Positions 1 to 9,825 of a DNA stretch of 64,000 nucleotides are shown one piece after another. Both the position numbers and the translations under genes were made by a program. Within the stretch, counting starts at the first letter, position 1. Each line of letters begins with the position of its first letter. Below the pieces are notes generated by a model. It was not told the DNA's origin and did not search any database. It saw only the letters and a list, made by a program, of their open reading frames with translations. Source of the stretch: Chitinophaga pinensis (GTDB lineage: Bacteria > Bacteroidota > Bacteroidia > 2-12-FULL-35-15); assembly GCA_945865315.1 (NCBI GenBank), contig CAMBDK010000001.1:4378-68377 (forward strand). The letters are read 5' to 3'.

Positions 1-2493
1 ATACGTATAAGGCTGCAGACCACCAGTTGCATTAACCAATAAATTCACCGGCCCCACTGTACAATTTAAAATAGTATCATTACTGATATAAGTTAATAAT
101 ATTGGAGATAATTCAGAGATGTAAAGTTCCGCATTTGCATTTAAAGTGCAGGCTCCTGTTAGGTTAATTGAAAGAAGAATAGTTTCCATAGCTTCCCCGG
201 CACCATCAACTAATCCATTTATACAATAGGATAAAGAATCCTGCCCGGCAGTAAAATTAAGCTGTGTAGGCAAAGCCGGACTATAATCAACCCCATTAGT
301 AGCGGTGCCGCCAATAGTTAAGGTATAGCTTGCAGCTTCAGATATATTAATCATTCGTACAAAATAAATACAAGCTTGGCCGCAGCCTTCATAAAAGGTA
401 GAATCATTTGCAGCACCAATAATCACTGAGGCGGTGATTACAGGAATAGGAAAAAGTGAAACAGTTACGCTATCAATAACGGCAGGTGTTGGGTCGGTCG
501 GAGAACCATTACAAGCATCATTAACCGTTACCATGTATGTTGTATTTGATGTAGTATTCACTGTTGGGTTTGAAGTTGTTCCTGCCCCATTTGTCCATAA
601 ATAAGTATATGGCTGAACTCCTCCTGATACATTTGCTAATAAAGTTACAGGAGCAAGCATATTACATAGCGTTGTATCGTTGCTGATTGAAGTAATTAAT
701 ATTGGAGATAGTTCAGAGATATAAAGTGCAGCATTTGCATTTAAAGCACATACTCCTGAAAGATTGAATGAAAGGAGAATAGTTTCCATAATTTCTCCAG
801 CACCATCAACTAATCCATTTATACAATAGGACACGGAATCCTGTCCGGCTGCAAAAGAAATCGTTGTTGGCAACGCCGGACTATAATCAACCCCATTAGT
901 AGCGGTGCCGCCGATAGTTAATGTATAGGTTTCAGCTTGTGAAATATTAATCATTCGAACAAAATATATACAAGCCTGTCCACAGCCTTCATAGAATGTA
1001 GAGTCATTTGAACTACCATAACTTACTAAGGCTGTGATTGAAGGAATAGGAGAAATGGAAACAGTTACGCTATCAATAACGGCAGGTGTTGGGTCGGTCG
1101 GAGAACCATTACAAGCATCATTAACCGTTACGATGTATGTTGTATTTGTTGTTGGGTTCACTGTTGGATTTGCTATTGCTCCTGCCCCATTTGTCCATGA
1201 ATAAGTATATGGCTGAACTCCTCCTGTCACATTTGCTAATAAAGTTACAGGAGCAAGAATATTACATAGTGTTGTATCGTTGCTGGTATTCAGCAGCATG
1301 GGTGTGTATTCATTTAAATAAACTGTTACGGAACTAGATGGCGGAATACAAAGGCCTGTTCCTTGCGCAGCTATTGTTAAAATAATTGACTCGAATCCTT
1401 CAACATTTCCATCCAAAAGTGCATTAAAACAGATCGAAATAGAATCTTGCCCGGCAGCAAAGATAAATTGGGTAGGGAGAGGCGTTCCAATGCCTGCATT
1501 AACTTCATAATAATCAGTACCATTAACAGCTGTTCCGGTTATTCCAACATTAATAGTATCGGTACTTGTAATGTTTGCAGCCCTTATAAAATAAAGGCAA
1601 GCCGTACCACAGCCTTCATAAAGAATAGTATCGTTAGATCCACCATAACTAATTTCTGAAATGATAGCTACACCAGAACTAGCAAAACTTCCCGCCTCTA
1701 AAAAAACTCCTGAATCAAGCACATCATCGCCACCATCGCCAATGGCTATTTTGATATGATATGTTTGCCCGCATTGCACAGCCGAAATAGCTGTTAATGG
1801 AACCGTAAAGCCATCATACTGGATAGTTGACCCATCAGCAGCTGTGCCCGATCCCCATCCATCACCATTATCAAAATAATATGCACTATTGGTGTTTAAA
1901 TTTAAATTAAACATGGTAACAGGAAGTGAAGTCCCAGGAATTATTGCAATATTTTCTGAATTATTGCTATATGGCCCTGTAATTCCGGGCCCACTAATAA
2001 AAAAACCAAAACCATCGTTAATCCCTCCGGGCAAAGAACTGACAAACTCCATATACTCTTCCGATCCAAAAACATAGCGAAATTTTACCGTATCGGAAGT
2101 TGGAACAAAATCAAATTCCAATATAGTAGCATCAAAACTTGTTGTAGGTGACATTATCAAGTCCAAGTCAGGGTCACCAGGTAAAGCATTTCCTAGGGAT
2201 GAGCTTCCGTTATTATTAGGGCCAACAGCATTGGCAAGGTCTCCGCAAGTTAAAAGGACACCTGATGTAAAACCAATATTGGAACTTGATCCATTAAATG
2301 AGCCACTGGAAATTAAATTGCCATTGTATGTGATATTACTTGCCGTTACACCCGAACCTAATAATACATTTTGCACCAATTGGCTTGGCGTCATACTGCC
2401 ATTAACTGTTAATTGCGCACTTGCTGTACAAATTAAAAAAAACGAAATTAAACTTAGATAGATTTTTTTAAAAATATTTTTGTTTAAAATCAT
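1..2493 (-). CDS. T9SS cargo protein, N-terminal part (gene runs off window start): signal peptide + choice-of-anchor L domain + SprB-repeat/Calx-beta-like tandem modules
   Basis: Reverse-complement ATG at 2491-2493 gives MILNKNIFKKIYLSLISFFLICTASAQ (signal peptide). It continues into DPDLDL..ILEFDFVPTSDTVKFRYVFGSEEY..GFFISG..DGFTVPLTA, which aligns along its length with the N-terminus of the 5199..7337 protein. Downstream modules contain GGVQPYTYSW (SprB-repeat motif) and GTATNGVDYS..FAAGQDS (Calx-beta-like). It is absent from the ORF track only because no stop codon lies inside the window. Frame was checked by hand at several points in 1200-2493. Confidence 0.6.
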   Translation of the reverse strand, partial: MILNKNIFKKIYLSLISFFLICTASAQLTVNGSMTPSQLVQNVLLGSGVTASNITYNGNLISSGSFNGSSSNIGFTSGVLLTCGDLANAVGPNNNGSSSLGNALPGDPDLDLIMSPTTSFDATILEFDFVPTSDTVKFRYVFGSEEYMEFVSSLPGGINDGFGFFISGPGITGPYSNNSENIAIIPGTSLPVTMFNLNLNTNSAYYFDNGDGWGSGTAADGSTIQYDGFTVPLTAISAVQCGQTYHIKIAIGDGGDDVLDSGVFLEAGSFASSGVAIISEISYGGSNDTILYEGCGTACLYFIRAANITSTDTINVGITGTAVNGTDYYEVNAGIGTPLPTQFIFAAGQDSISICFNALLDGNVEGFESIILTIAAQGTGLCIPPSSSVTVYLNEYTPMLLNTSNDTTLCNILAPVTLLANVTGGVQPYTYSWTNGAGAIANPTVNPTTNTTYIVTVNDACNGSPTDPTPAVIDSVTVSISPIPSITALVSYGSSNDSTFYEGCGQACIYFVRMINISQAETYTLTIGGTATNGVDYSPALPTTISFAAGQDSVSYCINGLVDGAGEIMETILLSFNLSGVCALNANAALYISELSPILITSISNDTTLCNMLAPVTLLANVSGGVQPYTYLWTNGAGTTSNPTVNTTSNTTYMVTVNDACNGSPTDPTPAVIDSVTVSLFPIPVITASVIIGAANDSTFYEGCGQACIYFVRMINISEAASYTLTIGGTATNGVDYSPALPTQLNFTAGQDSLSYCINGLVDGAGEAMETILLSINLTGACTLNANAELYISELSPILLTYISNDTILNCTVGPVNLLVNATGGLQPYTY

Positions 2494-2569
2494 ACAAATA
2501 ATATTAAGATAGTTTCTAAAAATTGATTTTTTTAGTCATGTTCATAATTTTTCGAACTCCTCTATATTT

Positions 2570-5065
2570 TTATCTCAATAAATGAATAAAACCTTTGGTT
2601 GTGGATTCTACGCCATCAAAAGCTTTTGAGGCAAGCACATAATAATAAACACCTACTTTGCATAATAAACCACTAGTAGTTCTACCGTTCCAGCCTTCAT
2701 TTAACTTTGTTTGTTCATAAATTAAAATACCCCAACGGTCATAAATTTTGCAATTTAATGTCGTCATATTTTTTGTTGAAATTTTAAATACATCATTTAC
2801 TCCATCTTCATTTGGAGAAAACACTGTTGGCACTATAATTTCAGAAAGCAATGGAGGTGCCATCGTAAGTCGAAATACTGCAATTACAGTATCTTCTTGC
2901 GTAAAAGATACAGAAACAGAATCTACCAAAGTGGAAGGTAAAAGCGTGTGGTTTTGAATCTCCCAATGATCAAATACATAACCGGTATTAGCGATGGCTC
3001 TAAAAACAGTTTCCATACCTCCAAAATATGGTGCTTGATACATATAAGTAGATGGAGTCATGCTATTTATTTTTATTTTCCCAGCCCCTGCTGGCTGCAC
3101 ATCTGCTGCAATAGTATAAGGCCCTGATAATGTATAACAATCAATAAGCCCTTGCGTCATTGCGTTACATCTGGCGCTGATATCGGATCTAAAAGAAGCT
3201 GCATTCGCTTGCCAATCGCTGAATAAACCGCCCCATTTATTGCAATGTTCTTGCATTTCGGGTTGAATAACAGCTATCATACTATCATATAATGGAAGCG
3301 TGAAATCGCAGTTCAGAGTACTATTCATTAAATCAATATACCTGGCTTGGTAATATTGTTTGAACTCTGGATTTGCCAATAGTGAATTTAATATTGTTGT
3401 ATGCCCTTGTCCACCAGGGTCTGGTAAAGTTTCAACATCACAAGGATCTGCAGTTGGTGAAGGATTTGGAATTCCTGTATAATTAATATAATGACCCATG
3501 ATTGCATCTAAATCCCAAAGCGTATAACGCCATTTTTTTTTATCTCCCGCGGCACTTAATCCCCTCCACCAGGCTGTATTCCAATCCAACCAATCGGAGG
3601 TTACTAACCATGAATTAAAAACGAAATAATCAACAAAGCTTTTCACATTAAAAAGAGAATCTACATAATTATAATTTGTTTGCACAGCCATATTGTTCGC
3701 AATAATATAGTTTTTTAATGCATCCCAATCAATTTGAGCCTGTGCTCCACCATAGGCACTCCAGGTGCCACCCCAAGTTTGCAAATATTGAAGGTCTTCC
3801 TCTGGTTGATTATAATAGAAGTTGGTAAAATCGGAGTCGTCTACTTTTTCACGTACATCGTAAACTCCCCAATACTGGCCATTCATATAAACAATAGCAG
3901 GTGCCCATGATCGTTCATCCAGGTTTAGGTTTCCTCTTTGTGATAATGTATGCGCATAGGCATCACGGATATGCGCTCCCCCTGTTTGAGAAGGGAAATT
4001 GTCGTTTGCTGCTGCTTTAAAAATAATTCTTTGAAAAGAATTGCGACTTTTATTGCTAAAAATATTGTAGTTGACAGCATTATTATATCCAAATTCATCT
4101 TTTGAAATATAATCGAATCCTCTTTGATTATAAGCCCAAGAATCGTTGCCATGTTCATTTGTTTCACCATTTGTTTCAGCAACTTGAATTTTAGCTTCAT
4201 TAAAATATTCCAAACCAGTTTCAGACGTAACTACGTTTATATCATTTAATAAGTCATCTATGAGGTCACCATATACAGATATAACTGCTACTGTATGGTT
4301 GCTATTTATAAAATAGGTATTGCTTTCAACAAAACTTTCAGGCACCAATGCATTTGAACTAAATACTTTTGCTCTTAAAACAGAGGTGGCAGGAATTAAG
4401 ATAGGTGCAGCATAAATTGCGGATGCTAAAGTTGGAATAGAACCATCGGTAGTATAATAGATTGAAAGTCCGCTACCAATTGCTGAAATTGAAACTGTTT
4501 GCGCTGTAGTATAAAATCCAGCAGCAATATCCATTATAGGTCGACTGGCATATTCTAAATTCGCCCCTGTATTAGCGGCTCCAGGTGATGGGCTAGTGAA
4601 TAAGCCCCAGGTTACATTTCCGTCAGTTGTCCGGCCTCTTGAGTGGTTACTTTGAGTTGGATTTAATGTCATAGAATCGATAATAGTACCTGAAGCATCC
4701 GAAAAAACAAGTGCTTCGGGCTTAGTTTGCGTAAGTTTAATTCCCGCATGAACATCTGGCCCCAAAACGGTATCTTTACCTGAAGCCCAAATTATTAAAT
4801 ACCCATTTGCAGGAATAGAAACCCCTGTTGGGATTTTCCACTTTGTAGGATTACTAATTTTATCGCTTAAATAATATCCACTTAAAGAAATGGCCCCCCC
4901 ACCTGAATTAAATAACTCTACCCAATCCGGTGAATCACCGTAATTATCATAAATAGTACTGACATTAGAACAGGAAAATTCATTTATCATTACCTGGCTA
5001 CTTCCTTGATTGAGAAAACCAAAAAATACAATAACTAGTAATATTATATGTTGTTGTTTTTTCAA
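2570..5065 (-). CDS. Secreted CotH-family protein with N-terminal lamin-tail domain (LTD) and T9SS type-B C-terminal sorting domain
   Basis: Signal peptide MKKQQHIILLVIVFFGF. LTD-like motif MINEFSCSN..DWVELFNSGGGAISLSGYYLSD. Central region matches CotH (spore-coat protein H / atypical kinase family). C-terminus ..VFSPNEDGVNDVFKI..KIYDRWGILIYE..GWNG is the gliding-motility type-B T9SS domain. Confidence 0.65.
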   Translation of the reverse strand: MKKQQHIILLVIVFFGFLNQGSSQVMINEFSCSNVSTIYDNYGDSPDWVELFNSGGGAISLSGYYLSDKISNPTKWKIPTGVSIPANGYLIIWASGKDTVLGPDVHAGIKLTQTKPEALVFSDASGTIIDSMTLNPTQSNHSRGRTTDGNVTWGLFTSPSPGAANTGANLEYASRPIMDIAAGFYTTAQTVSISAIGSGLSIYYTTDGSIPTLASAIYAAPILIPATSVLRAKVFSSNALVPESFVESNTYFINSNHTVAVISVYGDLIDDLLNDINVVTSETGLEYFNEAKIQVAETNGETNEHGNDSWAYNQRGFDYISKDEFGYNNAVNYNIFSNKSRNSFQRIIFKAAANDNFPSQTGGAHIRDAYAHTLSQRGNLNLDERSWAPAIVYMNGQYWGVYDVREKVDDSDFTNFYYNQPEEDLQYLQTWGGTWSAYGGAQAQIDWDALKNYIIANNMAVQTNYNYVDSLFNVKSFVDYFVFNSWLVTSDWLDWNTAWWRGLSAAGDKKKWRYTLWDLDAIMGHYINYTGIPNPSPTADPCDVETLPDPGGQGHTTILNSLLANPEFKQYYQARYIDLMNSTLNCDFTLPLYDSMIAVIQPEMQEHCNKWGGLFSDWQANAASFRSDISARCNAMTQGLIDCYTLSGPYTIAADVQPAGAGKIKINSMTPSTYMYQAPYFGGMETVFRAIANTGYVFDHWEIQNHTLLPSTLVDSVSVSFTQEDTVIAVFRLTMAPPLLSEIIVPTVFSPNEDGVNDVFKISTKNMTTLNCKIYDRWGILIYEQTKLNEGWNGRTTSGLLCKVGVYYYVLASKAFDGVESTTKGFIHLLR

Positions 5066-5198
5066 AATAAAACCTTGTTTTTTTTATTAGTAGAATTTTC
5101 AAAATAAAAACTTAGTTCCAACATAAAATACTTAATCTATTTACAAGGAGGTCTAAATTTTCAGTTAAACTAATTATCAAATTACACACTTAACATCT

Positions 5199-7337
5199 TT
5201 AACGAACTAAAGTAACACTTCCTGTCCGCGTAATTTTTTTACCACTTGCGCTCTCCAAATCAAATGTGCAAATATAAACAGCGGCTTGCCCTGTCTCCCC
5301 TTTATATGTACCATCCCAGCCGTTACGTATATCAAATGTTTCAAAAACTAGTTGGCCCCATCGGTTAAATATTCGCATTCGATATGATTTTATACCTGCC
5401 CCATAACCACTGAAGAAATCATTTTTTTCATTTTTATTTGGGGAGAATGCATTAGGGTAATAGAAATAGAAATCAGGCAAAACAATAATTGTTTGGGATG
5501 TAGTATCCGAGCAATCATTTTGATTTGTTGAAATGAGCTTAACAACATAGGTTCCTTCATTTATATAAAAATGTTGGGGGTTTTTATCTGTAGAAATAGA
5601 ATCTTCCGAGTTGTCGCCAAAATTCCAATAATAAGAAACAGCTCCTGAAGAACTATTGTCAAATGCCAGGGTTTGGTTAGTTGTAAATGTATATTGAAAA
5701 TTTGCATTTATGGGGTAAACAGTAATATTTACACTATCTGTAATTATAAAGCCACAATTATCTTCAACTGTTAATATATAAATTGCCGAATTTTGGGGTT
5801 GAATACTAAAAGAATCAAGGGAAGTAATATTTGGTGACCACAAATACTTATAATTTGGTAAGCCCCCAGTAACTTCGGCATCAATGAATAAATTCCTTCC
5901 CCCACAAATTGTTGTATCATTGTTAAGTTTTAATTCCATAGGGATATAAGGAACAAAATTCACAGTGCAGCTATCAATTGCAATATTTCCACAACTATCG
6001 GTAACTGTAACTATATAGGTTGTAGTTATTGAAGGATTGATGTGAATAGTATCCTTGGTGCCTGATGAATTTGTCCAGCTATAAGAATAGGAACCAATTG
6101 CTACACCTCCAAATGTAGTGGCTGTCAAAAATAAATTTTCTGGAGGACACATAAGGGATGTGTCATCATTTAAACTTACTTTTAATGGAGGGGTATCTAT
6201 GATGTATATTGTTTTGTAGAGGGTATCACTGCCTCCGCAAGTGCTTGTTGCAAACAGTGAAAGCAAAACCGTTTCTGTTCCTTCAATTAATAAGTCGGGC
6301 AAGGAGATAATTTTTACAGAGGCTGTATCCTGACCGATAGCAAAATTAATGCTATCAACTATAGAGGAATAATCCAAACCATTATCGGCAGTGCCACTTA
6401 ATGAAAAGTGAAAAGTCTCTGCAGTTGAAGTATGCGCCAATCCTCTATCAACTAATAAATATGCAAAACCACAACCTTCATAAACTGTGCTATCATTATC
6501 TAAAAGACCACCACCAAAATTTGAGCCTGTTGTTAAGTTTGGAGGCCCAGCACTAGCAAAACTCCCAGCCTCTAAAAAAACACCTGAATCCCAGCTGCCA
6601 TCACCGGCATCAGCAATTGCTAACTTAATATGATAGCTGGTGCCACATTGCACTGGGGAAATAGCCGTGAGAGGAATAGTAAAGCCATCATATTGCACCG
6701 TTAAGCCTGCCGGAATTTCGTTGTCAAAATAGTAAGAAGGATTTGATGTAGCATTTACATTGTTTATAGATACAGGGGTAGAGGTTCCCGGAATTAATGC
6801 AATGTTTTGGCTGGTGTAATTTCCTCCAGCTGGGTTAATACCAGTAATAAAAAAACCAAATACATCATTAAAAGAGGAATTTGCAAATTCCATGTATTCT
6901 TCTGAACCAAAAACATATTTAAATTTAATGGTATCTGACGTGGGTATAAAATCAAATTCCAATATGGTAGCATCATGCAAAGTGTTCGTTGCAATACCAA
7001 CCAAATCAGGATCAGTAGAAGTAAGTCCTGAGCCACCATTGCTTAAACTACCGCTATTGTTTGCCCCATCCGCTACACTAACACTGCCGCTTGCTAATAT
7101 TACACCTGCAGCTAAGCCGATATTTGATGTCGCACCAATAAAGGAACCAATAGCAGTTGCGCCTCCATTATAGGTGATGTTAGAAGCTGTTATACCACCT
7201 CCAAGTAAAATGTTCTGCACCAATTGAGTGGGAGTTAATGCTGTACTTGTTGTTAATTGAGCTTTTATAGATGAAGGCAGGTCAATTATAAGTATTATAA
7301 CAAAACAAAAACAGCGTAGTACATTAAATTTCATCAT
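5199..7337 (-). CDS. T9SS cargo protein: choice-of-anchor L domain + Calx-beta-like + SprB repeats + type-B C-terminal domain
   Basis: Signal peptide. N-terminal region (TDPDLVGIA..ILEFDFIPTSDTIKFKYVFGSEEYMEF..GFFITG..YDGFTIPLTA..SGVFLEAGSF) is typical of the choice-of-anchor L domain. SprB-repeat motifs SYSYSWTNSSG and NYKYLWSPN are present. C-terminus YYPNAFSPNKNEKNDFF..RIFNRWGQLVFE..NGWDG is the type-B T9SS sorting domain. It is a paralog of the partial gene at 1..2493. Confidence 0.7.
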   Translation of the reverse strand: MMKFNVLRCFCFVIILIIDLPSSIKAQLTTSTALTPTQLVQNILLGGGITASNITYNGGATAIGSFIGATSNIGLAAGVILASGSVSVADGANNSGSLSNGGSGLTSTDPDLVGIATNTLHDATILEFDFIPTSDTIKFKYVFGSEEYMEFANSSFNDVFGFFITGINPAGGNYTSQNIALIPGTSTPVSINNVNATSNPSYYFDNEIPAGLTVQYDGFTIPLTAISPVQCGTSYHIKLAIADAGDGSWDSGVFLEAGSFASAGPPNLTTGSNFGGGLLDNDSTVYEGCGFAYLLVDRGLAHTSTAETFHFSLSGTADNGLDYSSIVDSINFAIGQDTASVKIISLPDLLIEGTETVLLSLFATSTCGGSDTLYKTIYIIDTPPLKVSLNDDTSLMCPPENLFLTATTFGGVAIGSYSYSWTNSSGTKDTIHINPSITTTYIVTVTDSCGNIAIDSCTVNFVPYIPMELKLNNDTTICGGRNLFIDAEVTGGLPNYKYLWSPNITSLDSFSIQPQNSAIYILTVEDNCGFIITDSVNITVYPINANFQYTFTTNQTLAFDNSSSGAVSYYWNFGDNSEDSISTDKNPQHFYINEGTYVVKLISTNQNDCSDTTSQTIIVLPDFYFYYPNAFSPNKNEKNDFFSGYGAGIKSYRMRIFNRWGQLVFETFDIRNGWDGTYKGETGQAAVYICTFDLESASGKKITRTGSVTLVR

Positions 7338-7548
7338 TATAAATTAATCTTTATGTTAAGATTGACAAACAAATATAGGAAAATAAATTAAGAATAATAC
7401 TTCCAATTTTAAAAAAAATCAGACAAAAATCAGACATTAAACACTCATTTTAAGTCATTGATATCACTAGGATGTTAATTTCAATAAAATAGTTGCATTG
7501 TTTTTTAAAAAATAGTTCAGCCCCAAAATAATATAAACACACTTTTTG

Positions 7549-7893
7549 TTATAAATTAAGATCCATTCTTTTATAAAACAACAGCATAATAACTATAAAT
7601 ATAATGGAAGCGCTTATTCCAAAATAATTTAAATCATTAATTAAAACTTGTAGTATTTCCTTTGTAAAAAAGGAAATTACAAATAAATGCACCCCCCATC
7701 GTTTCATATGCCATACACCAATTAGGGATATGAAATTGGCTGCAACAATCAAACCTAATATTGCGGGATACCAGCTGCCTAATTTTTTCATGGAAGGAGA
7801 AAAAACAGCAGGGAAACTAAATACAATCCAGATAAATCCTAAAACACATACAATTGAAAGTAATTTAGGCCTTTTGTTGATAATATATTCCAT
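7549..7893 (-). CDS. Small hypothetical integral membrane protein
   Basis: 114-aa ORF with 3-4 hydrophobic helices and no recognisable family. Confidence 0.3.
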   Translation of the reverse strand: MEYIINKRPKLLSIVCVLGFIWIVFSFPAVFSPSMKKLGSWYPAILGLIVAANFISLIGVWHMKRWGVHLFVISFFTKEILQVLINDLNYFGISASIIFIVIMLLFYKRMDLNL

Positions 7894-7947
7894 TAAAAAA
7901 TTGTCAATTAATTAATATGTATGTTTTTTAATAAAAATGTTTTAAAA

Positions 7948-9192
7948 CTAATTTGATCGAATAGCCTCTACAGGATCTAGTTGTGAAGCACTGTAGGATG
8001 GAATAAATCCGGAAATTATCCCAATTAAAACAGAAATTGTAAATCCTAAAATAATATTGGATTTGCTTAATTCAATCTCCATTCCAAATGAATCTCCAGC
8101 AAGTTTTGTTATTGCAAAAACAATTAATAGACCAATTATGCCACCAATCAATGATAAAAATATTGACTCAAATAAAAATTGCAATAAAATAAAATAATTT
8201 TTTGCACCCAAAGATTTTTGAATACCAATGATATTCGTTCGCTCCTTTACAGAAACAAACATTATATTGGCAATACCAAATCCACCAACAAGTATTGAAA
8301 AACCACCTATTATCCAACCAGCAATGCCTACTATATCAAATAAACTATCAAATTCTTTAGAAATTAGACTAGTTTGATTTAATGAAAAGTCGGCTTCTGC
8401 TAAAGGCTTTAACTTGTGTATGGAGCGAATTAATCCAGTTAATTCATCTATCAAATCTTGATTACTTACTCCTGATTTTGATCTTACCATTATCTGTGGA
8501 TCAAGATTTTCGTTGCGTATGTCAATTATACTTCGAGCGTAATTTACTGGAACGAGAACTTGCGTATCCGGACTACCCCCCAAAATGCTTTCTCCTTCTT
8601 TTTTAAATACCCCTATAACAGTAACTTTGGCCCCGTTTAATTTTATAGCTTTCCCTAAAGGGCTTTGATTAATAAATAAAGCTTTTGCCAATACATCACC
8701 AATGATAGCCACGGAGCGCCCTGCAGAGGACTCCATTTCAGTGAAATAACGACCTGACGAAATTTCGAAATTTTTTACTTTTTCGTATTGATGTGAGGCG
8801 CATATTGCGGTTACGTTTTCAATGCTATTGCTTTTATGCCTAATGGTTATCTCGGCGCTGATTAGGAATGCCGCAGATTGCGCACTCTTGCATTTGCGGG
8901 TAATTACATCTAACTCATTATAATCAGGTAAAGGGCGTTTCATGTATTTCCACCACGGATAATTTTCTTCAAACGCCCAGGGCCATTTTTGGATAAAAAC
9001 TACATCATCTCCCAAACTCTGAACACTCTTACGAAGATTAAGTTCCAACGAATCTACAACAGTAAATACAGTGATAATTGCAAAAATGCCAATTGTTATC
9101 CCTAACAAGGAAAGAAATGTTCTTAACTTATTAATAGTTAAAGCTTTTATCGCAAAAATAATACTCTCCTTAAATAAACTAATGAAAATCAT
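7948..9192 (-). CDS. ABC transporter permease, FtsX/MacB-like (single N-terminal TM, periplasmic domain, C-terminal 3-TM FtsX domain)
   Basis: 414 aa. Topology and C-terminal motif region (IGIQKSLGAKNYFILLQFLFESIFLSLIGGIIG) are typical of MacB/LolE-type FtsX permeases. Confidence 0.7.
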   Translation of the reverse strand: MIFISLFKESIIFAIKALTINKLRTFLSLLGITIGIFAIITVFTVVDSLELNLRKSVQSLGDDVVFIQKWPWAFEENYPWWKYMKRPLPDYNELDVITRKCKSAQSAAFLISAEITIRHKSNSIENVTAICASHQYEKVKNFEISSGRYFTEMESSAGRSVAIIGDVLAKALFINQSPLGKAIKLNGAKVTVIGVFKKEGESILGGSPDTQVLVPVNYARSIIDIRNENLDPQIMVRSKSGVSNQDLIDELTGLIRSIHKLKPLAEADFSLNQTSLISKEFDSLFDIVGIAGWIIGGFSILVGGFGIANIMFVSVKERTNIIGIQKSLGAKNYFILLQFLFESIFLSLIGGIIGLLIVFAITKLAGDSFGMEIELSKSNIILGFTISVLIGIISGFIPSYSASQLDPVEAIRSN

Positions 9193-9318
9193 AAAGTATG
9201 AAGGTGTCTAAATTAAACAAATGTAATAATAAATTATTTTACGATTTTTAAGAATAATATTGGCAATATTATAAAACGATAAACCAAAATAATTTAAAAA
9301 CCAATAAAAGTTTTATCT

Positions 9319-9825
9319 TTGCAAAAAATGAATATAGTATACCTCATATTGGGTGGAAATGAAGGCAATGTGTTACAAACCCTTCAAAAAACAGAACAGT
9401 TAATATCCGAAAATGTAGGGGAAATTGTTAATAAATCTCACGTTTTTGTTACAAGCGCATGGGGTAATACCAATCAGCCAGATTTTTTGAATCAAGTGTT
9501 TTGTGTAAATACCAAATTGTCTGCAACCATATTATTACAAAAATTAATATCTATAGAACTAAAATTGGGTAGGGTTCGTAAAGATATTAAGTGGACAGAA
9601 AGAACAATTGATATTGATATTTTATTTTATAATAATGATATAATTGAAACAGAGGTATTGAAAATACCACACCCATTGTTAATAGAACGTAAATTTGTTT
9701 TGGTGCCATTGGCAGAATTGGCGCCTAAATTTATTCACCCAATATATAATAAAAATATTGAAACTTTGCTAGTAGAATGCAATGATAAACTTGAAGTAAT
9801 GAAACTCCTTGTAACGAATGGATAA
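9319..9825 (+). CDS. folK: 2-amino-4-hydroxy-6-hydroxymethyldihydropteridine pyrophosphokinase (HPPK)
   Basis: VYLILGGNEGN..SHVFVTSAWGNTNQPDFLNQV..RTIDIDILFY..PHPLLIERKFVLVPLAEL matches HPPK signatures. The real start is probably the Met at 9328. The stop overlaps the next gene. Confidence 0.8.
   Translation: MQKMNIVYLILGGNEGNVLQTLQKTEQLISENVGEIVNKSHVFVTSAWGNTNQPDFLNQVFCVNTKLSATILLQKLISIELKLGRVRKDIKWTERTIDIDILFYNNDIIETEVLKIPHPLLIERKFVLVPLAELAPKFIHPIYNKNIETLLVECNDKLEVMKLLVTNG

Noticed and set aside
1-1320. Possible CRISPR array suggested by regular direct repeats at 1-1320 and 34.3-36.3 kb
   Set aside because: The repeat units are 480-600 bp, in frame, and encode protein domain repeats. There are no short 25-40 bp repeats with unique spacers. 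No cas genes are present in the window.
1137-2461. Four short plus-strand ORFs (1137..1337, 1447..1659, 1889..2077, 2231..2461)
   Set aside because: They lie antisense inside the long minus-strand T9SS gene whose reading frame I could follow from the ATG at 2493. They have low-complexity composition and no start context. They are spurious.
3925-7173. Nested small ORFs inside the CotH and choice-of-anchor-L genes (3925..4200-, 6794..7039-, 6892..7173+, 2748..2957+)
   Set aside because: They are fully contained in, or antisense to, well-supported long CDS and have no independent evidence.
7431-7460. Direct repeat AATCAGACA..AATCAGACA upstream of the choice-of-anchor-L gene
   Set aside because: It is a single 9-bp duplication in AT-rich DNA. 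That is insufficient to propose a regulator binding site.
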